Shown here piece by piece: positions 9,479 through 18,697 of a stretch of DNA of 64,000 nt (positions are counted from its first letter, which is position 1; each line of letters begins with the position of its first letter). The DNA lies in assembly GCA_964573095.1 (NCBI GenBank), contig CAZNIK010000001.1, positions 313,004 through 377,003 of the forward strand. The letters run 5' to 3'. Below the pieces are notes generated by a model, which was given only the letters and a program-made list of their open reading frames with translations, was not told where the DNA came from and searched no databases. This stretch comes from an uncultured Candidatus Saccharibacteria bacterium. Lineage in GTDB: Bacteria; Patescibacteriota; Saccharimonadia; Saccharimonadales; 2-12-FULL-41-12. The position numbers were made by a program, and so were the translations under genes.

Positions 9479-10414
9479 CTACTCGTCTGGTGTGAGCCTA
9501 GTCGCACCGACGCCGCGAGACACTATGCCATCGCGAAGACCAAGCAACAACAGCTGCTCGTACGAGATATTGCCCAGCTTTTGCAGTATCCCAGTCGCAC
9601 GCAACTGTGCAATCGAATTGTGACGCTGCTTGGGTCCGTTTGAAGAATCCTGCACACACCTGTGCATCATATGTATTTCTTTTGGCGTAAGCACCGTAAG
9701 ATCCCTGGTGTCCAGCGGACGCATATCGATTAGTTTTTCTTCAAAAGCCGCCATGATCAGCTCGTCTTTTGCGAGATTGTTTTTTCTTTGGGCATTAGAA
9801 AATAGCCGAAACTGATCAGTTGGATGTATTCCTACGCGCTTGGATATCTCGGCGTTAGTGAGCGCCAGCGAGCCTAAGAATTTGGCTTCTTGAGGTGTAA
9901 GTATTAGGGAGCTTTCTTCGCGGTTATAGGGACTCGGCCTTTCAGAAGCCTTTGGTTTTGGCAACTGCATTTCGTCCCCAACTTCAACCAAATCCCGCTC
10001 AAAATTGATAATTGCGATTAAATCATCGCCCGTAAAATAACCCCTCGTAATCAAGGAAGGTTTTGTCGGTTCATTGGAAGTTGTCCTTGAGCCAAATACA
10101 CGCTGCCCCGCAATAGAGTGTTTTGCATACAGTTCATCTATCTCTTGCTTTGGTGAGACATTTCTCTTTGCCACGGCGTACGTTATTTCGTCGCGGTCTT
10201 TAAAACCGAATGACCAGCTATTGCCCATCAACTCCGAAAACACACCAAGATCACGCCGGGTAATTTCAATATTTCTATGCGGTTCAAGAATCGACTCTAC
10301 CTCGGAAAAAAACTCGGAAAGCGACGTACGTTTTGGGTCCATAGCACCTTTGAGGGCATATCGAAGCGGCGTTTCGTAAGCTTGCAGCCATTGCTCTTGT
10401 TGCAGTTCACTCAT
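9479..10414 (-). CDS. Hypothetical protein with two LuxR/GerE-like HTH segments
   Basis: LTPQEAKFLGSLALTNAEISKRVGIHPTDQFRLFSNAQRK and LTPKEIHMMHRC...SIAQLRATGILQKLG resemble LuxR-type HTH modules. The N-terminal ~170 aa are unrecognised. Confidence 0.4.
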   Translation of the reverse strand: MSELQQEQWLQAYETPLRYALKGAMDPKRTSLSEFFSEVESILEPHRNIEITRRDLGVFSELMGNSWSFGFKDRDEITYAVAKRNVSPKQEIDELYAKHSIAGQRVFGSRTTSNEPTKPSLITRGYFTGDDLIAIINFERDLVEVGDEMQLPKPKASERPSPYNREESSLILTPQEAKFLGSLALTNAEISKRVGIHPTDQFRLFSNAQRKNNLAKDELIMAAFEEKLIDMRPLDTRDLTVLTPKEIHMMHRCVQDSSNGPKQRHNSIAQLRATGILQKLGNISYEQLLLLGLRDGIVSRGVGATRLTPDE

Positions 10415-10546
10415 TTAAAAACTACGTTACCCCAACATTACCGCCAGACGCAAGCATGTGCCGAATGAAAAAATAATCCGCATCAAACGCGACGCGGACT
10501 TATGTGATTGTGAGGCAATCCAAGAACCGGATGTGTTATTACAGTT

Positions 10547-11098
10547 TTATGACTTCTTCTGCTCGCTCTTCTCCTCGGATCCCGCTTCATCAACAGCAAC
10601 GGCCGATTGGTTTTCTTTAACTTCCGAAGCAGGGTCAACTTCATCAACCTTCGTATCCTCCGAGCTAGTTGGTTTCTCAGCAACTGTTTCGCCGTCCGGC
10701 GGTGAAGGAGTTTGTTCGACTTCTGGTTTCTGCTGATCTTCTTGCTGAACATCTTCCGCTTCTGTCTTTGGAGTCGCGGCCTCAGCCGGCTGGTTTTTGC
10801 GAAGTTTCTCGGGATTCCTTGTCGCCCTCGAGTGTTTGGTAGGCTCCTGTACCCAGGTAGGGAGCTTGATGCCCTCTGCACTAAATAGCTGCGCAACTCG
10901 ATCGGAAGGATGGGCGCCATGATCAAGGTAAAATTGGGCTTTGTCTTTTACGAGCGTACTGGTCTTGGTGTGGGGATCGTAACTACCAAGATGTGCGACA
11001 TATTTACCACTTGTGGGGGCTTGACGAACGTCTTGAACAACCACCCTATACGTGGGATGACCTTTTCGACCAAGCCGTTGCATACGAATCGCGAGCAT
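10547..11098 (-). CDS. rpsP: 30S ribosomal protein S16 with a ~100-aa acidic low-complexity C-terminal extension
   Basis: MLAIRMQRLGRKGHPTYRVVV... is canonical S16. The tail is rich in E/P/T/K. Confidence 0.95.
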   Translation of the reverse strand: MLAIRMQRLGRKGHPTYRVVVQDVRQAPTSGKYVAHLGSYDPHTKTSTLVKDKAQFYLDHGAHPSDRVAQLFSAEGIKLPTWVQEPTKHSRATRNPEKLRKNQPAEAATPKTEAEDVQQEDQQKPEVEQTPSPPDGETVAEKPTSSEDTKVDEVDPASEVKENQSAVAVDEAGSEEKSEQKKS

Positions 11099-11208
11099 CT
11101 AAAAAATTATTCTCTTCCTTCTGATTAACGAGGGGAGCCTACGTGGCACATCCCAAGTAGTTACTATTTCACGCTTGGTTGATATTTTACAGATTATTTA
11201 CTCTGTTG

Positions 11209-11943
11209 TCAACGCTTCTTGGGGTTACTTTTATAATACTGCAAGGCTTGTTCAGCGGCATTTTGTTGACCAATTTGCTTGCTAGGACCCAAGCCTTGCC
11301 CTCGAAGTGCGCCATTTACAAATACCCCAATCGTAAAAGTCTTGTCGTGATCTGGACCTTCTTCTTCGAGCACTTTGTAAACAGGCGTGTGATTTTCAAC
11401 ATTTTGGGAAAGTTCTTGCAAATGACTTTTGGGGTCCATCCACGAACCTGACTCCAATATGCCATCTAGCGTCGTGAGCAGGGTGTTCGTAATAAATTCT
11501 CGGGATGGCTCATAGCCCTGGTCTAGATAAAGTGCCCCAATAACTGCTTCGTAGCTATTCGCCAAAATTTGCAACCTTGCGCGCCCCGTACCGCGCTTTT
11601 CTCCTCGACTCAATCTCAGCAACGGTTCAAAATTATGGACATTGGCTGCTTCGCCAATGCTTTCCGTACGGACCAATGCGCTACGCCAGTTCGTCAAAAT
11701 GCCCTCGGGCTCTTTTGGATATTTTCTGTACAGATACTCGGTCACTATTAGTTCTAGCACCGCATCGCCAAGAAACTCTAGTCTTTCGTTATGTTCTTTG
11801 GCAGTTTTTTTGTGTTCATTGACGTATGAACGATGCGTAAACGCAGTCACCAGCAAGCCAACGTCATTGAATGTCACCCCCAAAACCTCTCTCGCAAACA
11901 CTATGTACTTCGAGTAGTCTTGCATCGCCCTAAAGTCCAGCAC
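11209..11943 (-). CDS. rnc: Ribonuclease III
   Basis: NERLEFLGDAVLELIV signature plus a C-terminal dsRBD. Confidence 0.95.
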   Translation of the reverse strand: MLDFRAMQDYSKYIVFAREVLGVTFNDVGLLVTAFTHRSYVNEHKKTAKEHNERLEFLGDAVLELIVTEYLYRKYPKEPEGILTNWRSALVRTESIGEAANVHNFEPLLRLSRGEKRGTGRARLQILANSYEAVIGALYLDQGYEPSREFITNTLLTTLDGILESGSWMDPKSHLQELSQNVENHTPVYKVLEEEGPDHDKTFTIGVFVNGALRGQGLGPSKQIGQQNAAEQALQYYKSNPKKR

Positions 11944-12472
11944 TCCTTATTTTCTTGAGCCCTAATAGTATTATCTTGCCAATATCCTCATATTCGATTT
12001 TTTCTAATGCGTCGGCTGTTGAGAACCAACGAATATCGTTCATCCACTCTTCTGGTTTGAGCTTGTTGGTGTCGCCTTTGGCGTGTACAAGAAATATCTC
12101 GGTGGTCATAAGCACCAAGCTGGTTGCCCGTCGGTATCGAAAGTTAATCTTTCCGAGCCAATTCATGACGGTCATTTCTGATAGTCCCGTCTCTTCGCGT
12201 ATTTCTCGCTCGGCCGTCTGTTTGGCAGACTCACCTTCCTCAATGTGACCTTTCGGTATTGTCCAACGATTTTTTGCGTCTTGAATAAGCAATATCTCGA
12301 TCTCTTGACTCTTTGGATTGCGGCGAAAAACCATGCCGCCGCTCGTTGGCTCGCGGACCACTTCGTTGATTGCGGGCTTGCGCCGCGGGATAAATTTCTT
12401 GAAGCCTTCTATGGGCTTAGGTCTTTTCATTCTTGGTCGTATCTTCTTTCTTAGATGCTTTCTTGTGCTCAT
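11930..12472 (-). CDS. NUDIX hydrolase
   Basis: Nudix box GHIEEGESAKQTAEREIREETGL. The start is uncertain (12472 or 12430). Confidence 0.85.
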   Translation of the reverse strand: MSTRKHLRKKIRPRMKRPKPIEGFKKFIPRRKPAINEVVREPTSGGMVFRRNPKSQEIEILLIQDAKNRWTIPKGHIEEGESAKQTAEREIREETGLSEMTVMNWLGKINFRYRRATSLVLMTTEIFLVHAKGDTNKLKPEEWMNDIRWFSTADALEKIEYEDIGKIILLGLKKIRSAGL

Positions 12473-12920
12473 TGTCGAGCGTTTTGGCGAGCTTGGGATT
12501 AATTTGTCTCAGAAAAGTTCCAAGTACACCATTGATAAATTTTGATGAGTTTTCTCCACCAAAGCCCTTTGCGAGCTCAACCGCTTCGTTGATGACTACC
12601 TTTGGCGGTGTTTCTGGATGATTCTCAAGTTCATAGGCGCCGATCCGAAGTATCCAATGATCGACCTTGGCAATTTGGTCAAGTGGCCACTCCGGGGCGA
12701 TCGGCTGAATTTTAGAATCAAGCTGCGTCGAGTTCTCGCTTACCCCTTTTGCGAGCTGAATGATGAACTCATTGTCATCAAGCTGTGCTCGATACCGACT
12801 AATATTTCTGTCTACGATTTCTTTTTGGTCGACTGTCTCGTCTCCACACGCCCTACGAAACGACTCTTCATAGAGTGATTGCAAGACAATTATTCGACCA
12901 AGATGACGATTTGATGCCAT
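12417..12920 (-). CDS. nusB: Transcription antitermination factor NusB
   Basis: NusB pattern (R..A.Q.LY..., INEAVELAK.FG), with a short K/E-rich tail. Confidence 0.9.
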   Translation of the reverse strand: MASNRHLGRIIVLQSLYEESFRRACGDETVDQKEIVDRNISRYRAQLDDNEFIIQLAKGVSENSTQLDSKIQPIAPEWPLDQIAKVDHWILRIGAYELENHPETPPKVVINEAVELAKGFGGENSSKFINGVLGTFLRQINPKLAKTLDNEHKKASKKEDTTKNEKT

Positions 12921-12957
12921 ATTGTTAATTCGTAGTATCCCTACTAGTTAGTATATC

Positions 12958-13128
12958 TTATTTCTCCGCAGCGCGATTCTGCGTGGCTTTTTTTGCACCA
13001 GATTCGCGGCGGGTAGTGTAGGCCTTGACTGGACTTTTGGCGTTTACCGCTCGAGCCAACTTAACAACAAGATGACTGCGTCGAGATCCAGTGCGTCTAT
13101 GGCTGGTGCGCTTCTTGGGCTTACCCAT
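12958..13128 (-). CDS. rpmF: 50S ribosomal protein L32
   Basis: Not in the ORF track (56 aa). The N-terminus MGKPKKRTSHRRTGSRRSH matches the L32 N-terminal consensus. Confidence 0.85.
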   Translation of the reverse strand: MGKPKKRTSHRRTGSRRSHLVVKLARAVNAKSPVKAYTTRRESGAKKATQNRAAEK

Positions 13129-13285
13129 ACAATATCCATCCTTTCTTTAGGTGAGGTGGGCTAATAAAGTTACTTGGTATTTTACACGTAGTTCCGTCTT
13201 GTATCAAGAAATTGACATTTACAAAGAAACGATTTTATGTAGTTGAATATTGACTTTTATTGCTTTTTGTGTTATTTTTGAGATA

Positions 13286-13630
13286 ATGGAAAAATATGAG
13301 TACAACAGATCGCCTTCTACGTTCGGTGCAAAGGGCAGACTCTTTCGAGGCCTGGCAGCCATAGCGGGCATATCAGCCATAGCGACAACTGGGTACGTCG
13401 CCAGCAAAGATCTACAAGAAGACGCGAGAACGCCGATTGATTGCTACCTTAGTCCACCCGCAGAAGCAGGTGACACCGAGTTTGGCCTATCAAGAGAAGC
13501 GTATCCGAAATTGGATGACATCGATCCAACCAATGTTGACATTGCGGTAATTCCAGGAAACACAGAGGGCGTCGGCAATGACCGCATACTAAACCAAGGC
13601 GATACCGTCCGTGTCTGCGTAAACGATTAA
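13286..13630 (+). CDS. Membrane-anchored small protein, LysM-like (paralogue 1)
   Basis: N-terminal TM segment. GDTEFGL...QGDTVRV spacing resembles a degenerate LysM. Tandem paralogue of the next gene. Confidence 0.45.
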   Translation: MEKYEYNRSPSTFGAKGRLFRGLAAIAGISAIATTGYVASKDLQEDARTPIDCYLSPPAEAGDTEFGLSREAYPKLDDIDPTNVDIAVIPGNTEGVGNDRILNQGDTVRVCVND

Positions 13631-13675
13631 CCTAAAGCGTTTTTTGCCAACATAAAAACCCGCTACAATAACGCT

Positions 13676-14053
13676 GTGCGCAAATCAAATGAAGTCCTAT
13701 CCACCAATTCAATGAGCCCTTCGGAATTATATCCAAGCAGAGAAGGTAGCATGATTGCCGTCGCCGCAACAGTACTCGCGCTGGTAGCGGGTTTTTATGC
13801 TGCAAAAGAATTGATGAATGAAGGGCAAACAAAGTGTAGTGGACAACAAAAAGTTGAGGTAAACGGCGGTGACACAGTATACGGAATTATCGACGAGAAC
13901 ATAAAAGTCACGGATGGTTACATAGACTTTTCACAAGTCCCCGTAACCGTACTCCGCTATAGAGAAAGCCAAAAACCAACCGAAGTTGAAAATGCAGGAC
14001 AGATAATGCCCGGTGACATTGCCGTCCTGCCCACCACCTGTCACGAAGAATAA
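13676..14053 (+). CDS. Membrane-anchored small protein, LysM-like (paralogue 2)
   Basis: TM segment and VEVNGGDTVYGII...MPGDIAVLP pattern. The start may be the ATG at 13712. Confidence 0.45.
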   Translation: MRKSNEVLSTNSMSPSELYPSREGSMIAVAATVLALVAGFYAAKELMNEGQTKCSGQQKVEVNGGDTVYGIIDENIKVTDGYIDFSQVPVTVLRYRESQKPTEVENAGQIMPGDIAVLPTTCHEE

Positions 14054-14059
14054 TTTACG

Positions 14060-16513
14060 CTAGACCACAAAATTGACTAGCTTTTTCGGGATGTACACAG
14101 TTTTGCGCACGTCTTTTACTAGATAAGGTTGAACTTTGGTATCTGCTTTGGCAGCCGCAACAATTGTGTCTTGGTCTGCATCAGCTGGCATTAATATATT
14201 CGCCCTTACCCTGCCGTTGACTTGGACAACAATGGTTATTTCTTCGAGCGTCAAGTATTTTTCATCATGCACAGGCCAACTGTTCACATGGACAGATCCC
14301 TCGTTGCCCATGTCGTGCCACAACTCTTCGGCAATGTGTGGCGCAAACGGGGCAACACAAGCCACCAGGTTTGAGAGTGACTCTTGCCACACTTTGTGCT
14401 TTACAAATCCATTCTCGGCTTTTTCAAGGTACAACTTGTTTACCGCCTGCATTGCGGCGGCAATTGCCGTATTGTAGTGATTTCTCTCAATGTCTTCACT
14501 CATTTTTTTAATTGTGGAGTGGGTGATGTTTTGCAGTTTTTTTTGCAGCTCTTGGGTAACGCTACCTTCGTTCGCTGCTTGATACTCTTGAACTAACGCC
14601 CATAATCTTGCCAAAAAACGATAGCAACCTGGTACACCTTGTGGGTCCCAACGAGCACCAAGTTCTAGGGGCGCCGCAAACATCAGATAAGTCCTCAGTG
14701 CGTCTGCTCCGTATCCGCTATCAATAATTTCGAGGGGATCAACCCCGTTACCCTTCGATTTTGAAAAAGCACTGCCGTCACTCGCAGTGACTTTTCCATT
14801 AAACAACATGTGCTTAAACGGTTCTGGATTATCAACGATTCCAATTTTGGTAAAGAAACGAGTAATAAATCGAGCATAGAGCAAATGAGCAGTGGCGTGA
14901 TCCCCCCCATTATAGAAGTCAACTGGCATCCATTTGTTCACGACGTGAGAATCGAATATTTTTTCCTCGTTTGACGGATCAAAGTATCGAAACATGTACC
15001 AACTGCTACAAATATACGTGTCGAGCGTGTCCGTTTCGCGCTCGGCGGGACTCCCGCACTGAGGGCAGGCAACTTTGAGCCAATCCGTGGCACGTGCTAA
15101 CGCACTTCGGCCATCACCGCTGGGCTGATAGTCTTTCAAGATTGGCAGCTCAACAGGTAAATCTTCGTCTGGAACTAATACCAAACCACATGCCTGGCAA
15201 TTGATAATCGGTATTGGTGCTCCCCAGTAACGCTGACGACTGACGCTCCAATCACGCATTTTGTAGTTGGTTTTCTCGGCGGCTTGACCTTTTTGAACCA
15301 ACTCGTCGGTAATTTTTTCTCGAGCTTCTTCAGAAGCCATACCATTGTACGACCCAGAGTTGATCATCGTGCCTTCTTCGTGAGTACACTCATCATCACT
15401 CGCGTCATTTTGAACCACTCTGATAATGGGCAGCTCATACTTCTTGGCAAATTCGTGATCTCGTTCGTCGTGAGCCGGAACAGCCATGATTGCTCCGGTG
15501 CCATACCCCATCAACACATAGTCAGCTATCCATACCGGTAACTTCTCATTGTTTACTGGATTGATGGCATATGCCCCTATAAAGACACCTGTTTTGTCTT
15601 TCTCTGCTTGACGTTCAATTTCTGTCTTTTTTTGCGCCTGTTTAACATATTCGGCAGTGAGTTGCTTGTGTTCCGCAGATGCAATCAGATTCACAAGTGG
15701 GTGTTCTGGAGCTAGAACCATAAAAGTTGCGCCGAATAGTGTATCTGGTCGCGTCGTAAAAACAGTGACTGTCTCGTCCATTCCCTCAAGCCGAAACACA
15801 ACCTCAGCGCCCTTACTCTTGCCTATCCAGCTCTTTTGCGCAAGCTTAACGCTGGCGGTCCAATCCAGCTCATCAATCGCGTCGAGTAGCTCGTCGGCAT
15901 ATTCGGTTATCTTGAAAAACCATTGTTTCACTTCCTTTTTTTCTACCTGCGGATCTCCAGGCCCATCGTGCCTCCAGCACTTGCCGTCGATCACTTGCTC
16001 GTTCGCGAGTACCGTCTGACACTTCTCGCACCACCACTGCATTCGTGCATCTTGATACGCTAAGCCGTTTTGATACATCTGACTAAAAATCCACTGTGTC
16101 CACTTGTAATAGATCGGTTCATGAGTAGCGATTTCTTTTGACCAATCATTACTCCAGCCCATCGCTTTGTACTGCTTGTGGTAGCTAGGAATGATATTCG
16201 CCATGCTTTCTTGGGGCGAAACACCAGCCTTAATGGCGTAATTTTCTGCAGGAAGACCAAATGCATCCCAACCAACAGGGTGATAACTTTCGTACCCTTG
16301 TTGGCGCTTGTAGCGTGCCTTTACGTCGCTGATCGTGTAGTTCATCGCGTGTCCAATATGAATACCGGCACCGCTTGGGTAATTAAACATACTCATAGCG
16401 ATATACTTCGGTTTAGAGCTTGCTAAATCGGCAATATAGACGTTAGTCTCGTCCCAGATTTTTTGCCACTTTGGCTCGATTTCTTTCGGATTATACCTCT
16501 TCATTAGGTGCAT
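14060..16513 (-). CDS. leuS: Leucyl-tRNA synthetase
   Basis: 817 aa with HIGH (HIGHAMNY) and KMSKS-like (FSKSKGN) motifs and the LeuRS CP1/zinc region. Confidence 0.97.
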   Translation of the reverse strand: MHLMKRYNPKEIEPKWQKIWDETNVYIADLASSKPKYIAMSMFNYPSGAGIHIGHAMNYTISDVKARYKRQQGYESYHPVGWDAFGLPAENYAIKAGVSPQESMANIIPSYHKQYKAMGWSNDWSKEIATHEPIYYKWTQWIFSQMYQNGLAYQDARMQWWCEKCQTVLANEQVIDGKCWRHDGPGDPQVEKKEVKQWFFKITEYADELLDAIDELDWTASVKLAQKSWIGKSKGAEVVFRLEGMDETVTVFTTRPDTLFGATFMVLAPEHPLVNLIASAEHKQLTAEYVKQAQKKTEIERQAEKDKTGVFIGAYAINPVNNEKLPVWIADYVLMGYGTGAIMAVPAHDERDHEFAKKYELPIIRVVQNDASDDECTHEEGTMINSGSYNGMASEEAREKITDELVQKGQAAEKTNYKMRDWSVSRQRYWGAPIPIINCQACGLVLVPDEDLPVELPILKDYQPSGDGRSALARATDWLKVACPQCGSPAERETDTLDTYICSSWYMFRYFDPSNEEKIFDSHVVNKWMPVDFYNGGDHATAHLLYARFITRFFTKIGIVDNPEPFKHMLFNGKVTASDGSAFSKSKGNGVDPLEIIDSGYGADALRTYLMFAAPLELGARWDPQGVPGCYRFLARLWALVQEYQAANEGSVTQELQKKLQNITHSTIKKMSEDIERNHYNTAIAAAMQAVNKLYLEKAENGFVKHKVWQESLSNLVACVAPFAPHIAEELWHDMGNEGSVHVNSWPVHDEKYLTLEEITIVVQVNGRVRANILMPADADQDTIVAAAKADTKVQPYLVKDVRKTVYIPKKLVNFVV

Positions 16514-16548
16514 ATTATAACAAGAAGCGCACGCAGTTACTTATTGAT

Positions 16549-17451
16549 TTATCTCTTACCGCAAACTAAGTCAATGCAATAACTCATAAGTTTCGGCATA
16601 TCCATCTCTGCCACCTCAGCCGAAAGAGGAAACAAGCTTTTTGAAGTAAGACCAGGCATAGTATTGACTTCCAGTACGTAAAATTCTTTATCAGAGATAA
16701 TTATATCGACCCTGGAAATGTGCCGACAGCCCAGCGCCTTATGCGCACGCTTAGCGAGTTCTATTGCCTCGTTTTGAAGTGCTTGGCTCACATGAATTGG
16801 AGGACATAACTCTCTAGTTTTGCCGTTATATTTGTTCGCGTAGTCAAATGTTTCACCGGTGGGAGGAATAATCTCGATTACGGGAAGATCGTAGCCGTCC
16901 AAGATTGGTACAGTAATTTCATTGCCACTAATAAATTGCTCGAGCAACATTGTTTTGTGTTTTGAGAAAAGTTTTTTTAACGAGACTGGATCGACGTCTT
17001 GTTTCTTGACGCCTATTAGCATGTCAATACTAGACCCACCTTCATTGGGTTTAAGAATATGAAGTGAGTCACTTAACTCTGAGGTGATGTATTGATCATA
17101 CCCTACCTCTTCACCGTTAGGCGTGTTGATGAGGTGTGAATGTAGAACCTTTTTGGTATCAACTTTCGAAAAACACACTTTTGAAGATTCCGCTTTTGTA
17201 CCCAGAAATAATTTATTCTTGCTTTCTAGGAACTGCTGAATCTGCCCATCTTCGCCTCCCCGACCATGAAGAATTGGTAGTATGACCTTAAACCTACCGA
17301 TATTGTTCTCAAGCCATTCGTAACCGCCTCGCCAATCATAGTATTCGGCTTCATAGCCTAATGAACTCACCGCCTCGTACACGGAGGCAGAAGAGCGGAG
17401 TGAGACTTCTCTTTCATCCGAAATTCCACCGCCAATTACTAAAACCTTCAC
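16549..17451 (-). CDS. ddl: D-alanine--D-alanine ligase
   Basis: ATP-grasp Ddl pattern (ILHGRGGEDG..., EVNTMPG). Confidence 0.9.
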   Translation of the reverse strand: MKVLVIGGGISDEREVSLRSSASVYEAVSSLGYEAEYYDWRGGYEWLENNIGRFKVILPILHGRGGEDGQIQQFLESKNKLFLGTKAESSKVCFSKVDTKKVLHSHLINTPNGEEVGYDQYITSELSDSLHILKPNEGGSSIDMLIGVKKQDVDPVSLKKLFSKHKTMLLEQFISGNEITVPILDGYDLPVIEIIPPTGETFDYANKYNGKTRELCPPIHVSQALQNEAIELAKRAHKALGCRHISRVDIIISDKEFYVLEVNTMPGLTSKSLFPLSAEVAEMDMPKLMSYCIDLVCGKR

Positions 17452-18695
17452 GAGACAATTACTTTTTTCTTCTTAGTGAGCCAGTCGGGAGATTGGCGGA
17501 CAAGTTTAGACGTGTGTTCTGGGTTTTTCAGAATTGACTTAATGGCCTCTTCTAAAAAGACGCCATTTTGCGAGCCTTTCAACAAAACAACGCCGTTATT
17601 CTGCAACTTTTTCTTGAGCACAGCGCCGACCTCGTAAGGCGTTTTGCAGCGCATCACTTTGCAGCCTCGCTGCTGGGCAGCCTCCGCTAGATACCTATTT
17701 GCGTCTTTTCCAAGCGTAATTAACAGATCAACTTTTTTGGGATCAACGTAATGACCAACCGACGAGTGAACTGCCTGTGACAATTTTCCCATCTCGTTCA
17801 TGTTACCAAGTACAGCAATTTTTTGTGGAGCATCAAGATCATACAGCACATCGAGAGCGGCAATCATGGCTTCGGCGTTTGCGTTATACGTATCATCAAT
17901 GATTGTAGAGTCCTTAATGCCTTCCAGTTTCTGCATTCTGCCGGGCATCGCGGTAATCTTTTTCAGACCAGCTTGAATTTGTTCTTTTGGAACGCCGAGC
18001 TGGTAAGCAGCAAGCGCTGCTGCTGCCAACCCCCACATCTGTTGCCTACCCAATAGTTGCACTATCACCTCAACCCGCTGTCCATCGAACGAAACACCCA
18101 ACTTTGGGGGTGAGTAGTCAAACTTGGCCGTGGCATTTTGGGCATCACCAAAGGTACTAAAGGAAGCGGTTAGAAGCCTCTTATACTCTTTTGCGGCATC
18201 GTCATGAACAATCAGACTCTTCGAAAAAGCTTGGATTGAAAGTTCTTCTTTTGCAACTGCTTCAATATCACCAAAAAATTCCATATGCTCGGGGGCAATT
18301 CTCGTGACAATACCGATATCAAGCTGCAGATACTTACCGAACTTGTCGAGCTGCCCGGGTCCGTCCGTGCCTAGCTCTAAAACCACGATTTCATACGCAT
18401 AATTATTTACTTCTTGATTCATTTTTATGAAACATCTCAACCACGCAAATGGGTTAAATAAGCTTGGCATCGACAACCCAAAGAAAACCAAAGGCACACT
18501 GACAAGATCATTGTAGTTTCCGTCTTGCCATCTCACCCGGTATTTTTGTGAAAGCAGCGTTGCGACTGCACGTTTAGTGCCACTTTTTCCCAAGCTTCCC
18601 GCTACCCCGACAACCGTAATATGGTTCTTTTTGAGCAATCTCCGAACCAGTGTCCACGATATGGCAACCACGATTGGCTTTAATAGATTTTTCAT
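17448..18695 (-). CDS. murF: UDP-MurNAc-tripeptide--D-Ala-D-Ala ligase
   Basis: Mur ligase P-loop GVAGSLGKSGTK and DDTYNAN motif. 4-nt overlap with ddl. Confidence 0.88.
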   Translation of the reverse strand: MKNLLKPIVVAISWTLVRRLLKKNHITVVGVAGSLGKSGTKRAVATLLSQKYRVRWQDGNYNDLVSVPLVFFGLSMPSLFNPFAWLRCFIKMNQEVNNYAYEIVVLELGTDGPGQLDKFGKYLQLDIGIVTRIAPEHMEFFGDIEAVAKEELSIQAFSKSLIVHDDAAKEYKRLLTASFSTFGDAQNATAKFDYSPPKLGVSFDGQRVEVIVQLLGRQQMWGLAAAALAAYQLGVPKEQIQAGLKKITAMPGRMQKLEGIKDSTIIDDTYNANAEAMIAALDVLYDLDAPQKIAVLGNMNEMGKLSQAVHSSVGHYVDPKKVDLLITLGKDANRYLAEAAQQRGCKVMRCKTPYEVGAVLKKKLQNNGVVLLKGSQNGVFLEEAIKSILKNPEHTSKLVRQSPDWLTKKKKVIVS

Positions 18696-18697
18696 TG

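Noticed and set aside
10458-10926. Overlapping 92-aa (+) and 147-aa (-) ORFs around the 3' part of rpsP
   Set aside because: These are alternative-frame artefacts of the low-complexity S16 tail. The S16 frame is continuous with a canonical N-terminus.
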